NCBI GenBank assembly: GCA_963717435.1 | Contig: OY970332.1 | Span: forward strand, 928,001-992,000 | DNA from: an uncultured bacterium | GTDB lineage: Bacteria > Babelota > Babeliae > Babelales > Babelaceae | Length of the DNA: 64,000 nucleotides | Reading direction: 5' to 3' | Shown here: positions 9,784 through 18,277 of the stretch, piece by piece | Position numbering within the stretch: the stretch's first letter is position 1 | Layout: each line of letters opens with the position of its first letter | The notes under the pieces: generated by a model | What the model was told of the DNA's origin: nothing | What the model saw: the letters and a program-made list of their open reading frames with translations, nothing else | Databases searched by the model: none | Program-made: the position numbers and the translations under genes

Positions 9784-9821
9784 TGTTCTACCATGATAGC
9801 ACACAAGAACGGCGCCGTCAA
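9784..9821 (-). promoter_or_regulatory. Sigma70 promoter with an overlapping palindromic operator
   Basis: Minus strand TTGACG-17 nt-TATCAT with extended TG; 20-bp imperfect palindrome TGTTCTACCATGATAGCACA (9784-9803) covers the -10 box. Confidence 0.6.
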
Positions 9822-9909
9822 TAGCGCTAAAATTTAAGTTTTATGGGGTTCATATAGGATATTCTCATCCAAATCAGCAGCGTAAAATTAAAACATAAAA
9901 ATATAAAAA

Positions 9910-9940
9910 CGGGAACTTGTGTAAACTACGCAAGTTCCCG
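9910..9940 (-). terminator. Intrinsic terminator after dsbD
   Basis: CGGGAACTTG/CAAGTTCCCG stem followed by a T-run on the minus strand. Confidence 0.7.
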
Positions 9941-9964
9941 CAATAATTTAAAAACTATCTAAGT

Positions 9965-11803
9965 TCAGCAAATTTCAAGTAGCTCTTTTACAATCTGCTC
10001 AGTTGGCATATCGTAAAATTCACCCATATATTTTTTAAGAACTTTTCCAGATTTCGGGTCGACAACAAGCAGCGTCGGGAATCCGGTAATATTATATTCT
10101 TTGTTCAAACTAGCATACGGCTCAGAACCAGAATTAGTGCCGTCAACTTTTAACAAAATAAAATTATCGTTAAGCGCTTGTTTAATTTCAGGTCTTACCA
10201 AGACTGTATTTTCAATAGCTTTACAGATAGAGCACCATTTTGCCCCGAAATCTATAAATAGATTTTTCGCTTCAGTTTCTGCTTTTTGTCTTGCATAACT
10301 ATAATCAGTGATCCATGTAATATCAGCAATATTTTCTTGCATAAAAGTGGTTTTATAACTTTGCATGAATACAATAAAGCTGCTTGCAATTAACAACATT
10401 CCGATTAAACTTTTTACTCGTTTTGTGCTTTTAGACTCATGGGTTTTAATATTATAAATATAATAAACTCCGCTTGCCAAAATAAAGCTTGCAAGAATCC
10501 AGATCAAAACCCACCAAGGGATTATTGCTTGCAAATAATAAAAGCACATGCCGATTAGCAAAAATCCGAATATCTTTTTAACTTCAACCATCCACATCCC
10601 AGCTTGCGGCAGCAAGTTAATCGATGTTGAAAAAGTTGCGATAATTAATAATGGGAAACTTGAGCCAACACCAAATGCAAACAACATCATAAAGCCAAGA
10701 AATTTATTGGCCATTGTTGCAACTATGCTCAAAATTAAAGCTAATCCAGGTGACAAGCAGGGTGATGCGATTGTGCCGCTTGCTGCACCAAAAACAAAAG
10801 CAGATAAATATGAACCATGCTTAAATCTGTGATCTTTGGGTTGCAAAAATCTTGGGATATACATCTCGTAAAACCCGAACATAGAAAATGCTAAATATCC
10901 CAAAAATAAAACAAGCGCGATCACAAATATTGGGTTGCCCAAAATCTGACCAAACGCCATCGAACCAAACGAAGCTAAAAGCCCAAATGCAGCAAACGTT
11001 AAGCCAATACCAAGCGTGTAGCAAACAGCAGCAATAACATTTGACACAAAAGATTTTGTTGCACTTTGTTGTAATATTCCAATAGTAACAGGGATCATAG
11101 GATAGATGCACGGCGTTAAGCTCATCATTAAGCCGAGCATAAATGCCAAGAAGATTTTGAACCATATTGATTCACTGTGTTGTAAATTTCCCCAGACATA
11201 ATCTTTAATTTTTTCAAACTGCTCCGCCAAAAAGTTTATAATTTTCTTTACTGTTAAAGTTATTAATGACCACGGGCCGCTCGGCGCAGGCGTATGCTTG
11301 GTTTTGCATCTTTCTGCCATAATCGCATTTTGAGCTTCGGTTTCACTTGAGCTTAGTTCGTTATCTGAACCAATAATTTCTTGCGGTTTTTCTTTTTCTT
11401 TAAATTTTACGTGAATAATTTTCTCTTGCCAGCTCTTTTTTCCGCTTACAAGATATGTCAAAAATACGTCGGCGTTTTCGGCTTCACTTTCCGGATTTCT
11501 TGTTACTGTCAGTTTTACTTTTGTGTTTTTGTTATAAACAATTTTGCTGTCTTTAAACTGTTGATCATCAAAAGACTTTACTGCAACCTGTTCTGTCTGC
11601 CAATCAGAAATCTTAAAGTCCGGTGAGTCCACAGAAAAGCTTATCGAATCTTTATAAAGCTGATTTTTTTTACTTAATTTGAAATCAACTGTTAAAAGCT
11701 GACTGTTTTCATCAATCTCTTTTAACTGGTAACTGACATGAGAATATAACCCCAAAGTTATATTTAGTAATAAAATAAATATTGACCTAAAAAACGCTGA
11801 CAT
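9965..11803 (-). CDS. dsbD: Thiol:disulfide interchange protein DsbD
   Basis: SLTPCIYPMIP, ASPCLSP, LPQAGMWM and a C-terminal thioredoxin WCSIC. Confidence 0.92.
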   Translation of the reverse strand: MSAFFRSIFILLLNITLGLYSHVSYQLKEIDENSQLLTVDFKLSKKNQLYKDSISFSVDSPDFKISDWQTEQVAVKSFDDQQFKDSKIVYNKNTKVKLTVTRNPESEAENADVFLTYLVSGKKSWQEKIIHVKFKEKEKPQEIIGSDNELSSSETEAQNAIMAERCKTKHTPAPSGPWSLITLTVKKIINFLAEQFEKIKDYVWGNLQHSESIWFKIFLAFMLGLMMSLTPCIYPMIPVTIGILQQSATKSFVSNVIAAVCYTLGIGLTFAAFGLLASFGSMAFGQILGNPIFVIALVLFLGYLAFSMFGFYEMYIPRFLQPKDHRFKHGSYLSAFVFGAASGTIASPCLSPGLALILSIVATMANKFLGFMMLFAFGVGSSFPLLIIATFSTSINLLPQAGMWMVEVKKIFGFLLIGMCFYYLQAIIPWWVLIWILASFILASGVYYIYNIKTHESKSTKRVKSLIGMLLIASSFIVFMQSYKTTFMQENIADITWITDYSYARQKAETEAKNLFIDFGAKWCSICKAIENTVLVRPEIKQALNDNFILLKVDGTNSGSEPYASLNKEYNITGFPTLLVVDPKSGKVLKKYMGEFYDMPTEQIVKELLEIC

Positions 11804-11853
11804 TTTTTCTCCCAAAAGTTTAAATTTAAAAAATTTATATTTTTAGTATACAC

Positions 11854-11953
11854 GAAATTCTGCCTTCGAATAAATTTGCAAAAAAATAAGGGCCAGAATT
11901 TTCCGGCCCTTAAAAAACTATTTTTTAATTTTTTATTTCGTATCTAAATTCAC
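11854..11953. repeat. Left copy of imperfect direct repeat (intergenic segment plus relic PP2C 3' end)
   Basis: GAAATTCTGCCTTCGAATAAATTTGCAAAAAAATAAG matches 18209-18243; 11933-11953 reads VNLDTK* on the minus strand versus the PP2C end VGLDSK*. Confidence 0.8.
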
Positions 11954-12121
11954 ATGGCCGTTCTTAAAAGTCCGCCCCCGCATCCTGCCCATGTGCCGGG
12001 TAGCCCCAAAAACAGGTTAAAATACCCACCCCATGCCCCCCCGGGGCGGTTGCAATATATGACAAATTGTATAATATTTAATATATTATAATGCAATATA
12101 ATTCAAATAATGGAGTATTTT

Positions 12122-12706
12122 ATGAAAAAATTGTTACTTTTTGCCCCTTTGATGCTATTAGCAGGCTGTGCCGGCTATAAATCACGCCCTTTAAAGACTT
12201 TGCATCCCGAACCTTTAAAAACGCATAAAGATATCCATTTTGCTGCTAAAGCGTACGATAGAATGGATTCAGAAACTTATCTTGGTAGAGATACTATTAA
12301 GGCAGGGTATAGACCTATACAAATAGCCATCAAAAACAAATCTTATCGAACTCTTAATTTTTCATTAAACACAATTAATATGCCAATAGTTCCTGTAGAT
12401 GTTGTTGCTAGAAGTGTTTATCAATCAGTTGAAGCACGGGCCTTGGGGTATGGAATTCCTGCCTTATTTGTTTTTACTATTCCACTTTTAATTCCTGCTG
12501 TTACCGATTCAATCTGGGCATATCAAGCAAATGAGCAATTATTATCTGACTACACTGATAAATCAATTTTTACTTCAATACTTAAACCTGATTCGTTTAC
12601 GCAGGGACTTATTTTTGTTGCAAATTCCAATTATGAAAATCAGTTAAGTTTTACACTGATCGATAGAGATACTCAGGAAAAAATAGTTTGTAAAACTGAT
12701 TTATAA
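12122..12706 (+). CDS. Hypothetical lipoprotein
   Basis: MKKLLLFAPLMLLAGC lipobox; internal hydrophobic segment. Confidence 0.75.
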   Translation: MKKLLLFAPLMLLAGCAGYKSRPLKTLHPEPLKTHKDIHFAAKAYDRMDSETYLGRDTIKAGYRPIQIAIKNKSYRTLNFSLNTINMPIVPVDVVARSVYQSVEARALGYGIPALFVFTIPLLIPAVTDSIWAYQANEQLLSDYTDKSIFTSILKPDSFTQGLIFVANSNYENQLSFTLIDRDTQEKIVCKTDL

Positions 12707-12737
12707 ATATAAAACATAATAAATAATTGGGGTTAAT

Positions 12738-13205
12738 ATGAAAAATAAATACTTTGTTTATATACTTCTTTTTATCTCTTTATTGGGATTGTCTGGATGT
12801 GGGATTCGCCAAAAGAGCTGGCTATCCAATCTTTCTTCTGGAATGAACAAGAAGCAAGTTAAATCCAAAATGGGCCAGCCTGATTTCGTTCATACTCCTA
12901 CCACAAATATTAAAGGCGAAACTATTGATATTTGGGAATATGAACTTGCTACAACTGATGAAAATCAATGGAGTAAGCAGTTTGCCGCCTCTTTTTCTCT
13001 TACCTTAATGTCTTTAACCCTTGGTTTTATTCCAGGATTTCCGCGTGAGCTTTATGCGTTAACTATACCTATATCATATGCCCCACTTATTTTTATGGAT
13101 TCCCCTTATGACTACAATACTTATTTCCTTAAGTTTGTTAACGACTTTCTTTCTAAATGGGGAAGTGCTTCTGATGTTGGATTAGATAAGAAATTTATAT
13201 CTTAA
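12738..13205 (+). CDS. Hypothetical lipoprotein with BamE/SmpA-like motif
   Basis: LSGC lipobox; GMNKKQVKSKMGQPD...IWEY...LKFVNDFLSKWG. Confidence 0.65.
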   Translation: MKNKYFVYILLFISLLGLSGCGIRQKSWLSNLSSGMNKKQVKSKMGQPDFVHTPTTNIKGETIDIWEYELATTDENQWSKQFAASFSLTLMSLTLGFIPGFPRELYALTIPISYAPLIFMDSPYDYNTYFLKFVNDFLSKWGSASDVGLDKKFIS

Positions 13206-13217
13206 TTTGGGGGTGCT

Positions 13218-14726
13218 ATGTTTTCTAATAAATTTATTTTTAATCATCTAGTAGTTTATTTATGTCTTTTGGTCAGCCCAAGCATCATTGCAGATGGTTC
13301 AACTCGTTCTACGTCTGCGTATATTTCTAAGTGGACGCAACCATCTCATGGAGGGTTTGTTACAATTCGCAAAAAGCAACCCTTATCTATTTACGCAGCT
13401 ATATCATTTAATAACAATCCAGATAATGAATTGATTGAAAAATATCTTTTGTTTTTAAGGCCAAAAATGGCAAATCTTGGAATTAAAATTGATAAAACAC
13501 CACATAACCCATTTAGCTTTGTCATAAAAAATGGCAAAATTTCTAAATCCGACATAATCACAATTATTTATGAAGCTAACCACCACTTTGACCCAAATTT
13601 TAAAACTCCAGCAGAGCTGGCAGCTCAAAATGCTAAAGAAAGAGCTGAAAGAGATGTGCTTCAGGAACAACTTAGGGAAGCTGAGATAAAGCGTAAAGCT
13701 GAAGAGCTAAGATTGAGACTTGAAAATGAGGCGAGATTAAGAAAGTTAGCGATTGAAGCTGAAGAAGCACTAATGAAAAGGATGGCGCAGGAGGAAAGAG
13801 AAAGAGTACAAAAACTTCAAATTGAGTATAAAGAATGGGAAAAAATTAATAACAGCAAAATTGGAAAATATCATGTTAGAGCTCTTCCTATAGATATGTA
13901 TACATCTACAAATAAGCCTTTAAGTGAAAATGGCCAGATATGCGGTGAACTAATTTATCATGATAAGAGCTATAATTATGAAAAGGCAGTAATTTGGGAT
14001 CCTATTCACGGATTAAAAATATTTGCAAAAGAACAAAGTACTGCTGGTGGAATAAATGACTTTGGTTTTGTAGCGGTTAACTTAAAAGCAGATTATCATC
14101 GTAACCAAATAATTCTTTGGGACACAAAGTCAGATAAATTAATATTTGGTCCATTCGGCCAGTCAATTTCATTTAACAATAAAAACCAAATTTTATTTGA
14201 AAATGATAAAATTTGGAATTCCAGCAACAATACCATTAATTCACTTAACACTCGCTCAAAGTATATAGATGATAATGGAAGCGCTCTTTTATCAAGTCAT
14301 TCGATGAATTATATAGATATCAACAAGAAAGGTGCTGCCATAAATTTTTCTTCTATGGGTTTATATATTAATACAGGAAATTATATGGCCCCATTAGTAA
14401 TCCCAGAAGGTGGGGTTGTTTTCGAAGCAAAAATTAATAATAACAACGAAGTTGCAACAATATACAAGAACAGATTGATTATTTGGGATAACAAACAAAA
14501 GATAACAGCCCATGATTCTTTAGAGGATATCATAAAATGGGTCGAAGGCTATGAATTGAGAAATGGGCTTAAGGGATCTGAATATTTTAGTAAGCTTGAA
14601 GATTGGAAGGCTCATAATTTAAATTTTGAAGTTCTAGCTTTCAATTGCGCAAGGCAAATTCTAATTAGGCTCAAAATAACTTCATTTAAAAATAAGCAAT
14701 TCCTATTTTTATTGTCCCCAAAATAA
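13218..14726 (+). CDS. Exported protein with coiled coil and HAF-like beta repeats
   Basis: Signal-like N-terminus, E/K/R-rich coil, repeats GINDFGFVA / SFNNKNQI / DINKKG / KINNNNEVA. Confidence 0.6.
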   Translation: MFSNKFIFNHLVVYLCLLVSPSIIADGSTRSTSAYISKWTQPSHGGFVTIRKKQPLSIYAAISFNNNPDNELIEKYLLFLRPKMANLGIKIDKTPHNPFSFVIKNGKISKSDIITIIYEANHHFDPNFKTPAELAAQNAKERAERDVLQEQLREAEIKRKAEELRLRLENEARLRKLAIEAEEALMKRMAQEERERVQKLQIEYKEWEKINNSKIGKYHVRALPIDMYTSTNKPLSENGQICGELIYHDKSYNYEKAVIWDPIHGLKIFAKEQSTAGGINDFGFVAVNLKADYHRNQIILWDTKSDKLIFGPFGQSISFNNKNQILFENDKIWNSSNNTINSLNTRSKYIDDNGSALLSSHSMNYIDINKKGAAINFSSMGLYINTGNYMAPLVIPEGGVVFEAKINNNNEVATIYKNRLIIWDNKQKITAHDSLEDIIKWVEGYELRNGLKGSEYFSKLEDWKAHNLNFEVLAFNCARQILIRLKITSFKNKQFLFLLSPK

Positions 14727-14782
14727 TTTTGATTGTGAATGGTTAGAAAAAATCTAACTATTCATCCTCTTTATTTGCTGTT

Positions 14783-14811
14783 AATACCACCATGTCTGTC
14801 GGTGGTATTTT
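14783..14811 (+). terminator. Probable intrinsic terminator
   Basis: AATACCAC/GTGGTATT stem followed by a T-run. Confidence 0.55.
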
Positions 14812-14930
14812 ACTTTTTGTATATTTTCTTAGGGTCAAAAAATAGTTTGTTAAGATGTTATAATTCATGGGAATTTATCTTATAATATATAGGCTCCTAG
14901 TTGAGACTTATATTATATACGAGGTTTTTT

Positions 14931-15827
14931 ATGAATGTTTTTATTGATGAATCAGGCAAGTTTCGCGCGCCAGAAAATATTTCCAGCCAACCTAATTACG
15001 AATGTATTATTGCAATTATATTGAGTAATGATGCCCTAATAAAATTTGAAGAAAAATTTGGAGAAAAAAGTAAGCTTTGTTTGCGTCTTAATGCAAGGGA
15101 CGTTATTAAGTTTATCGAGGAAAACGGTTGTAGAGCATTTGCTGTTATATACGATTCCAATCTATCTTCAAAAAACACTATTGAAGAACATAAAAAAGAC
15201 TATATAAGATCTATATATAAATCATCTGCAAATCATCCATTTTTTTTACAAGAAACTGTTAAACATCATGCTGAAAAATTATCTAAATTTAGCCCAAATG
15301 AATATATTAAAGCTTTATTATCGATTAAATTATTAGAAAATGTGTTGAGAGCTGTCATAGGAAACTCTACAGAGTTTTTGAAATATGATCTAAAGAAATT
15401 CGAATTTGTGTGCGATTCAGGAAATTGCAATATCGAATCAACGATCAAGTATTTCAGTTTGTTTTCTATGTTTTGTAATTCTGCAAATAACCCTATTTGC
15501 TTTGATAATAGGGAAAATATTCAGCATTTGATAGATCCATCAGGCAAGTATCTTGACGCCAGGTTGATTTTTGAAAATATTAATTTTGTTTCATCAGGGG
15601 ATGTCGCAGGTGTTAGGGCAGTAGATGTTGTTTCTAACCAGCTGTTCAGAATTTTGCATGAAGAATCAGTTGATTATGATATAGAAAGATGGAAAAATAT
15701 ATTTTCCAATCCTTATAGTTTTGATTTTTTATCTTTTGATAAAGATCAGGAATTTATAGATAGCGAAATCGGAGAAAAGGCGTTTGTTTTCCCTAAATTA
15801 TTAGGCAAAATTAATAACCTTGTATAA
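14931..15827 (+). CDS. DUF3800-like protein (RNase H-like acidic motifs)
   Basis: N-terminal VFIDESG, central FVCD, C-terminal GVRAVDVVS. Confidence 0.6.
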   Translation: MNVFIDESGKFRAPENISSQPNYECIIAIILSNDALIKFEEKFGEKSKLCLRLNARDVIKFIEENGCRAFAVIYDSNLSSKNTIEEHKKDYIRSIYKSSANHPFFLQETVKHHAEKLSKFSPNEYIKALLSIKLLENVLRAVIGNSTEFLKYDLKKFEFVCDSGNCNIESTIKYFSLFSMFCNSANNPICFDNRENIQHLIDPSGKYLDARLIFENINFVSSGDVAGVRAVDVVSNQLFRILHEESVDYDIERWKNIFSNPYSFDFLSFDKDQEFIDSEIGEKAFVFPKLLGKINNLV

Positions 15828-15928
15828 ATTTTATAGACCCATCTTTTGTCCCGTTTCTTCAAATCATATTTAATTTTACATTACTCTTGTTTGTAATATA
15901 ATAACCCAGATTAATTTAGGGATGAATC

Positions 15929-17827
15929 ATGGGAAAATTATTAATTACAACAATTGGCTCGGGCTTGTTTTTTCTTGGTTTATTTGGGCATGATAGCAAT
16001 AATGTAAATGCTAGATTTACCAATGAGTTTGCGCATCCTAAAATTTTAAAGTTTGAAAATAATCACCATCTTTATGATTTCAATAAAGAATTAAAAAAAG
16101 AGGGTTTATATTACCCTAAAAATAATATTACTTATAATAATCCTGCATTAAATGTTTTTTATAATCCTAGTGATTGCTGGAATTGGCAAGAAAATGATTA
16201 TTGGAACGCTTTGCTGATATTATTTGGTAAAGAATATTCAATAGGTCAGAGAGCAAATTTGCCTCAAGAATATAAGATTTTTTGTACAACAGCCACCCAT
16301 AATTATTATATTCATGATAATGATCGACAGTCTTTATTTAACCAACCAGAATTATACAATTTCCCAGCTTTCTGGGATTTTATTAAAAAATTTCCCGATT
16401 ACCCATCTTGCATTTATAAAGTTAAAGAACTAGTTGATTTTAATCCTAAAATCAAAAATAGATTTTCTAATAAAGCTTTAGACGAAATTAACAGAGAATA
16501 TTCGAGAATAAAAGGCTTTGAAGAACAGCACCAACAGTTAATAAATAATGCGAAAAACAGAGAAGTTTTTCAGCGGCGAGTAGATTCCGTTTTTCAGAGT
16601 CAGTTTGATGATTGCGTAAAAAAAGAAGAAGAGTACAAAGAGCTTAATAGTTTGTATCGGGAATATAATCTTGGAGATTGTGCAAGAATCCAAAGACGCA
16701 TAGATGCAATAGATAATATTAAAGAAACTGGATCAAAATATATTGATAAAAGCTATAATCTGGCCCCTAATCTTCTTGGCTATTTAAGCAATAATAATAT
16801 TAATTCTGAAAAATATGGCACATGTTATGGTAATCAACTTCAACACGTTATTCACCAAGAATGTGTTGATATTCTTAATAATAGCTTTTCTTTGAGCCCA
16901 CAATCTTATGCATTTGGTTATAAGAGCCCAATAATTACATTCGCTGATGCTGCTTGTGATTATAACAAAATGGGATTAACCTCTAGGGCCATGGATATAA
17001 CAGATGCCTGTTGGGCTTTTTTTGATTATGGCAAAGCCATTTTTGAGGGCGTTTCTGAGGGTCTAATTAGCGCCGCGAAAGATTTGATTGACCACCCGAT
17101 TCAAGCCGGGTTATGTGTTGTTGCGGGAGAATATGTTTTTGCTTATCAGTTATCAAAATTAATTTATAATGTTGCCGAAATTGGTATTACGTCTTTAGTA
17201 GACAAACGGGCTGGCGCCCAAAAATGGCAAGAATATGTCGCGCCACTTTCGCAACTGATCGATGCGGTGCAAAATAAGCAAATAAGCTTGCGGCATGGAA
17301 TCAAGGGCGTAACGCGTACCGTTGTTGAGTGGAAGACGCAAGACAAGCTTCTTGGTGGATTGAGTGGGTTCCTTAGGACCACAAAAAAGAAGGCGATAGA
17401 TTTCTTCAAAGATAATCCACTTGCAACACCTGAACAGTATGTGACGACCCCTGATGGAATGTTATTTAGGTCGACTGACAAGCTCAATTCTAAAAGGAAC
17501 TCAAGTCTTGATAAAATTACGGAAAAGGTATCTAAGAAAAGTCTTCTTAAGAAGCATCAGCTACCCATTAAGGGAAGAATTCGCTATGTTCCACCTAAAG
17601 ATTTACATGCCAATAAGGGATTGCCATGTAAAAGATTAGACAATAACGGAATTGGCTTCGTTGATCGTTTTGATAATGTTTGGGTAAAGGGTGTTAGTCG
17701 AACCAAGGGTCAGGCTTTCGAGTGGGATGTTCAGCTTTCAAATCAGGGCAGGCAGAAACTTGGATGGATGAGTCGTGATGGCGAACATATTAATGTAAGT
17801 TTAGACGGAAGGATAACTCATAAATGA
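15929..17827 (+). CDS. Secreted polymorphic toxin with C-terminal Ntox17-like predicted RNase domain
   Basis: Signal peptide; C-terminus GRIRYVPP...GFVDRFDNVWVKGVSRTKGQAFEWDVQLS...GEHINVSLDGRITHK (ExD motif plus His). Confidence 0.75.
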   Translation: MGKLLITTIGSGLFFLGLFGHDSNNVNARFTNEFAHPKILKFENNHHLYDFNKELKKEGLYYPKNNITYNNPALNVFYNPSDCWNWQENDYWNALLILFGKEYSIGQRANLPQEYKIFCTTATHNYYIHDNDRQSLFNQPELYNFPAFWDFIKKFPDYPSCIYKVKELVDFNPKIKNRFSNKALDEINREYSRIKGFEEQHQQLINNAKNREVFQRRVDSVFQSQFDDCVKKEEEYKELNSLYREYNLGDCARIQRRIDAIDNIKETGSKYIDKSYNLAPNLLGYLSNNNINSEKYGTCYGNQLQHVIHQECVDILNNSFSLSPQSYAFGYKSPIITFADAACDYNKMGLTSRAMDITDACWAFFDYGKAIFEGVSEGLISAAKDLIDHPIQAGLCVVAGEYVFAYQLSKLIYNVAEIGITSLVDKRAGAQKWQEYVAPLSQLIDAVQNKQISLRHGIKGVTRTVVEWKTQDKLLGGLSGFLRTTKKKAIDFFKDNPLATPEQYVTTPDGMLFRSTDKLNSKRNSSLDKITEKVSKKSLLKKHQLPIKGRIRYVPPKDLHANKGLPCKRLDNNGIGFVDRFDNVWVKGVSRTKGQAFEWDVQLSNQGRQKLGWMSRDGEHINVSLDGRITHK

Positions 17828-18210
17828 ATCTCCCAGCTTGTTTTTTAATTGAATGCATTATTACAGATGGCAAAAATATTTCTAATGAATTATTTGAACA
17901 ATTAAAAGAACTTATCGAAAAGCGTTTTGACAAATCAGATGTAAAAATAACATCGTTGAATAAGTATTGGAAATATCCCGATACTAAGCAGATTATTTTT
18001 GAGGTAAGAGCAAAAAATTTTATATCTGTAGAAGAGTTTACTAAATTATTTAATATAACGTGGAAGCATTCTAAATTGCCCGTAAGCAATTATGACACAA
18101 AGAAAACAGTGGACCAAGAAAGTGCTGTGTGGAATAGAAATATGTATCCTGAAGAAACATTTTTGAACAGCGATGTAGAATGGGTCCATGTTTATTCATG
18201 GCTAGATTGA
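17824..18210 (+). CDS. Putative immunity protein
   Basis: 128-aa ORF with ATGA overlap onto the toxin stop codon. Confidence 0.65.
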   Translation: MNLPACFLIECIITDGKNISNELFEQLKELIEKRFDKSDVKITSLNKYWKYPDTKQIIFEVRAKNFISVEEFTKLFNITWKHSKLPVSNYDTKKTVDQESAVWNRNMYPEETFLNSDVEWVHVYSWLD

Positions 18211-18277
18211 AATTCTGCCTCGAATAAATTTGAAAAAAATAAGTGGGTACAAATTTTTATTTACTATCTAAACCCAC
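18209..18277. repeat. Right copy of imperfect direct repeat (includes last codons of PP2C)
   Basis: GAAATTCTGCCTCGAATAAATTTGAAAAAAATAAG plus TTATTTACTATCTAAACCCAC. Confidence 0.8.

Larger units (their letters stand above)
11954..18256. mobile_element. Genomic islet (lipoproteins, DUF3800-like gene, toxin-immunity pair); no integrase inside
   Basis: Six plus-strand accessory genes bounded by the duplicated segment; both flanking genes are on the minus strand. Confidence 0.65.
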
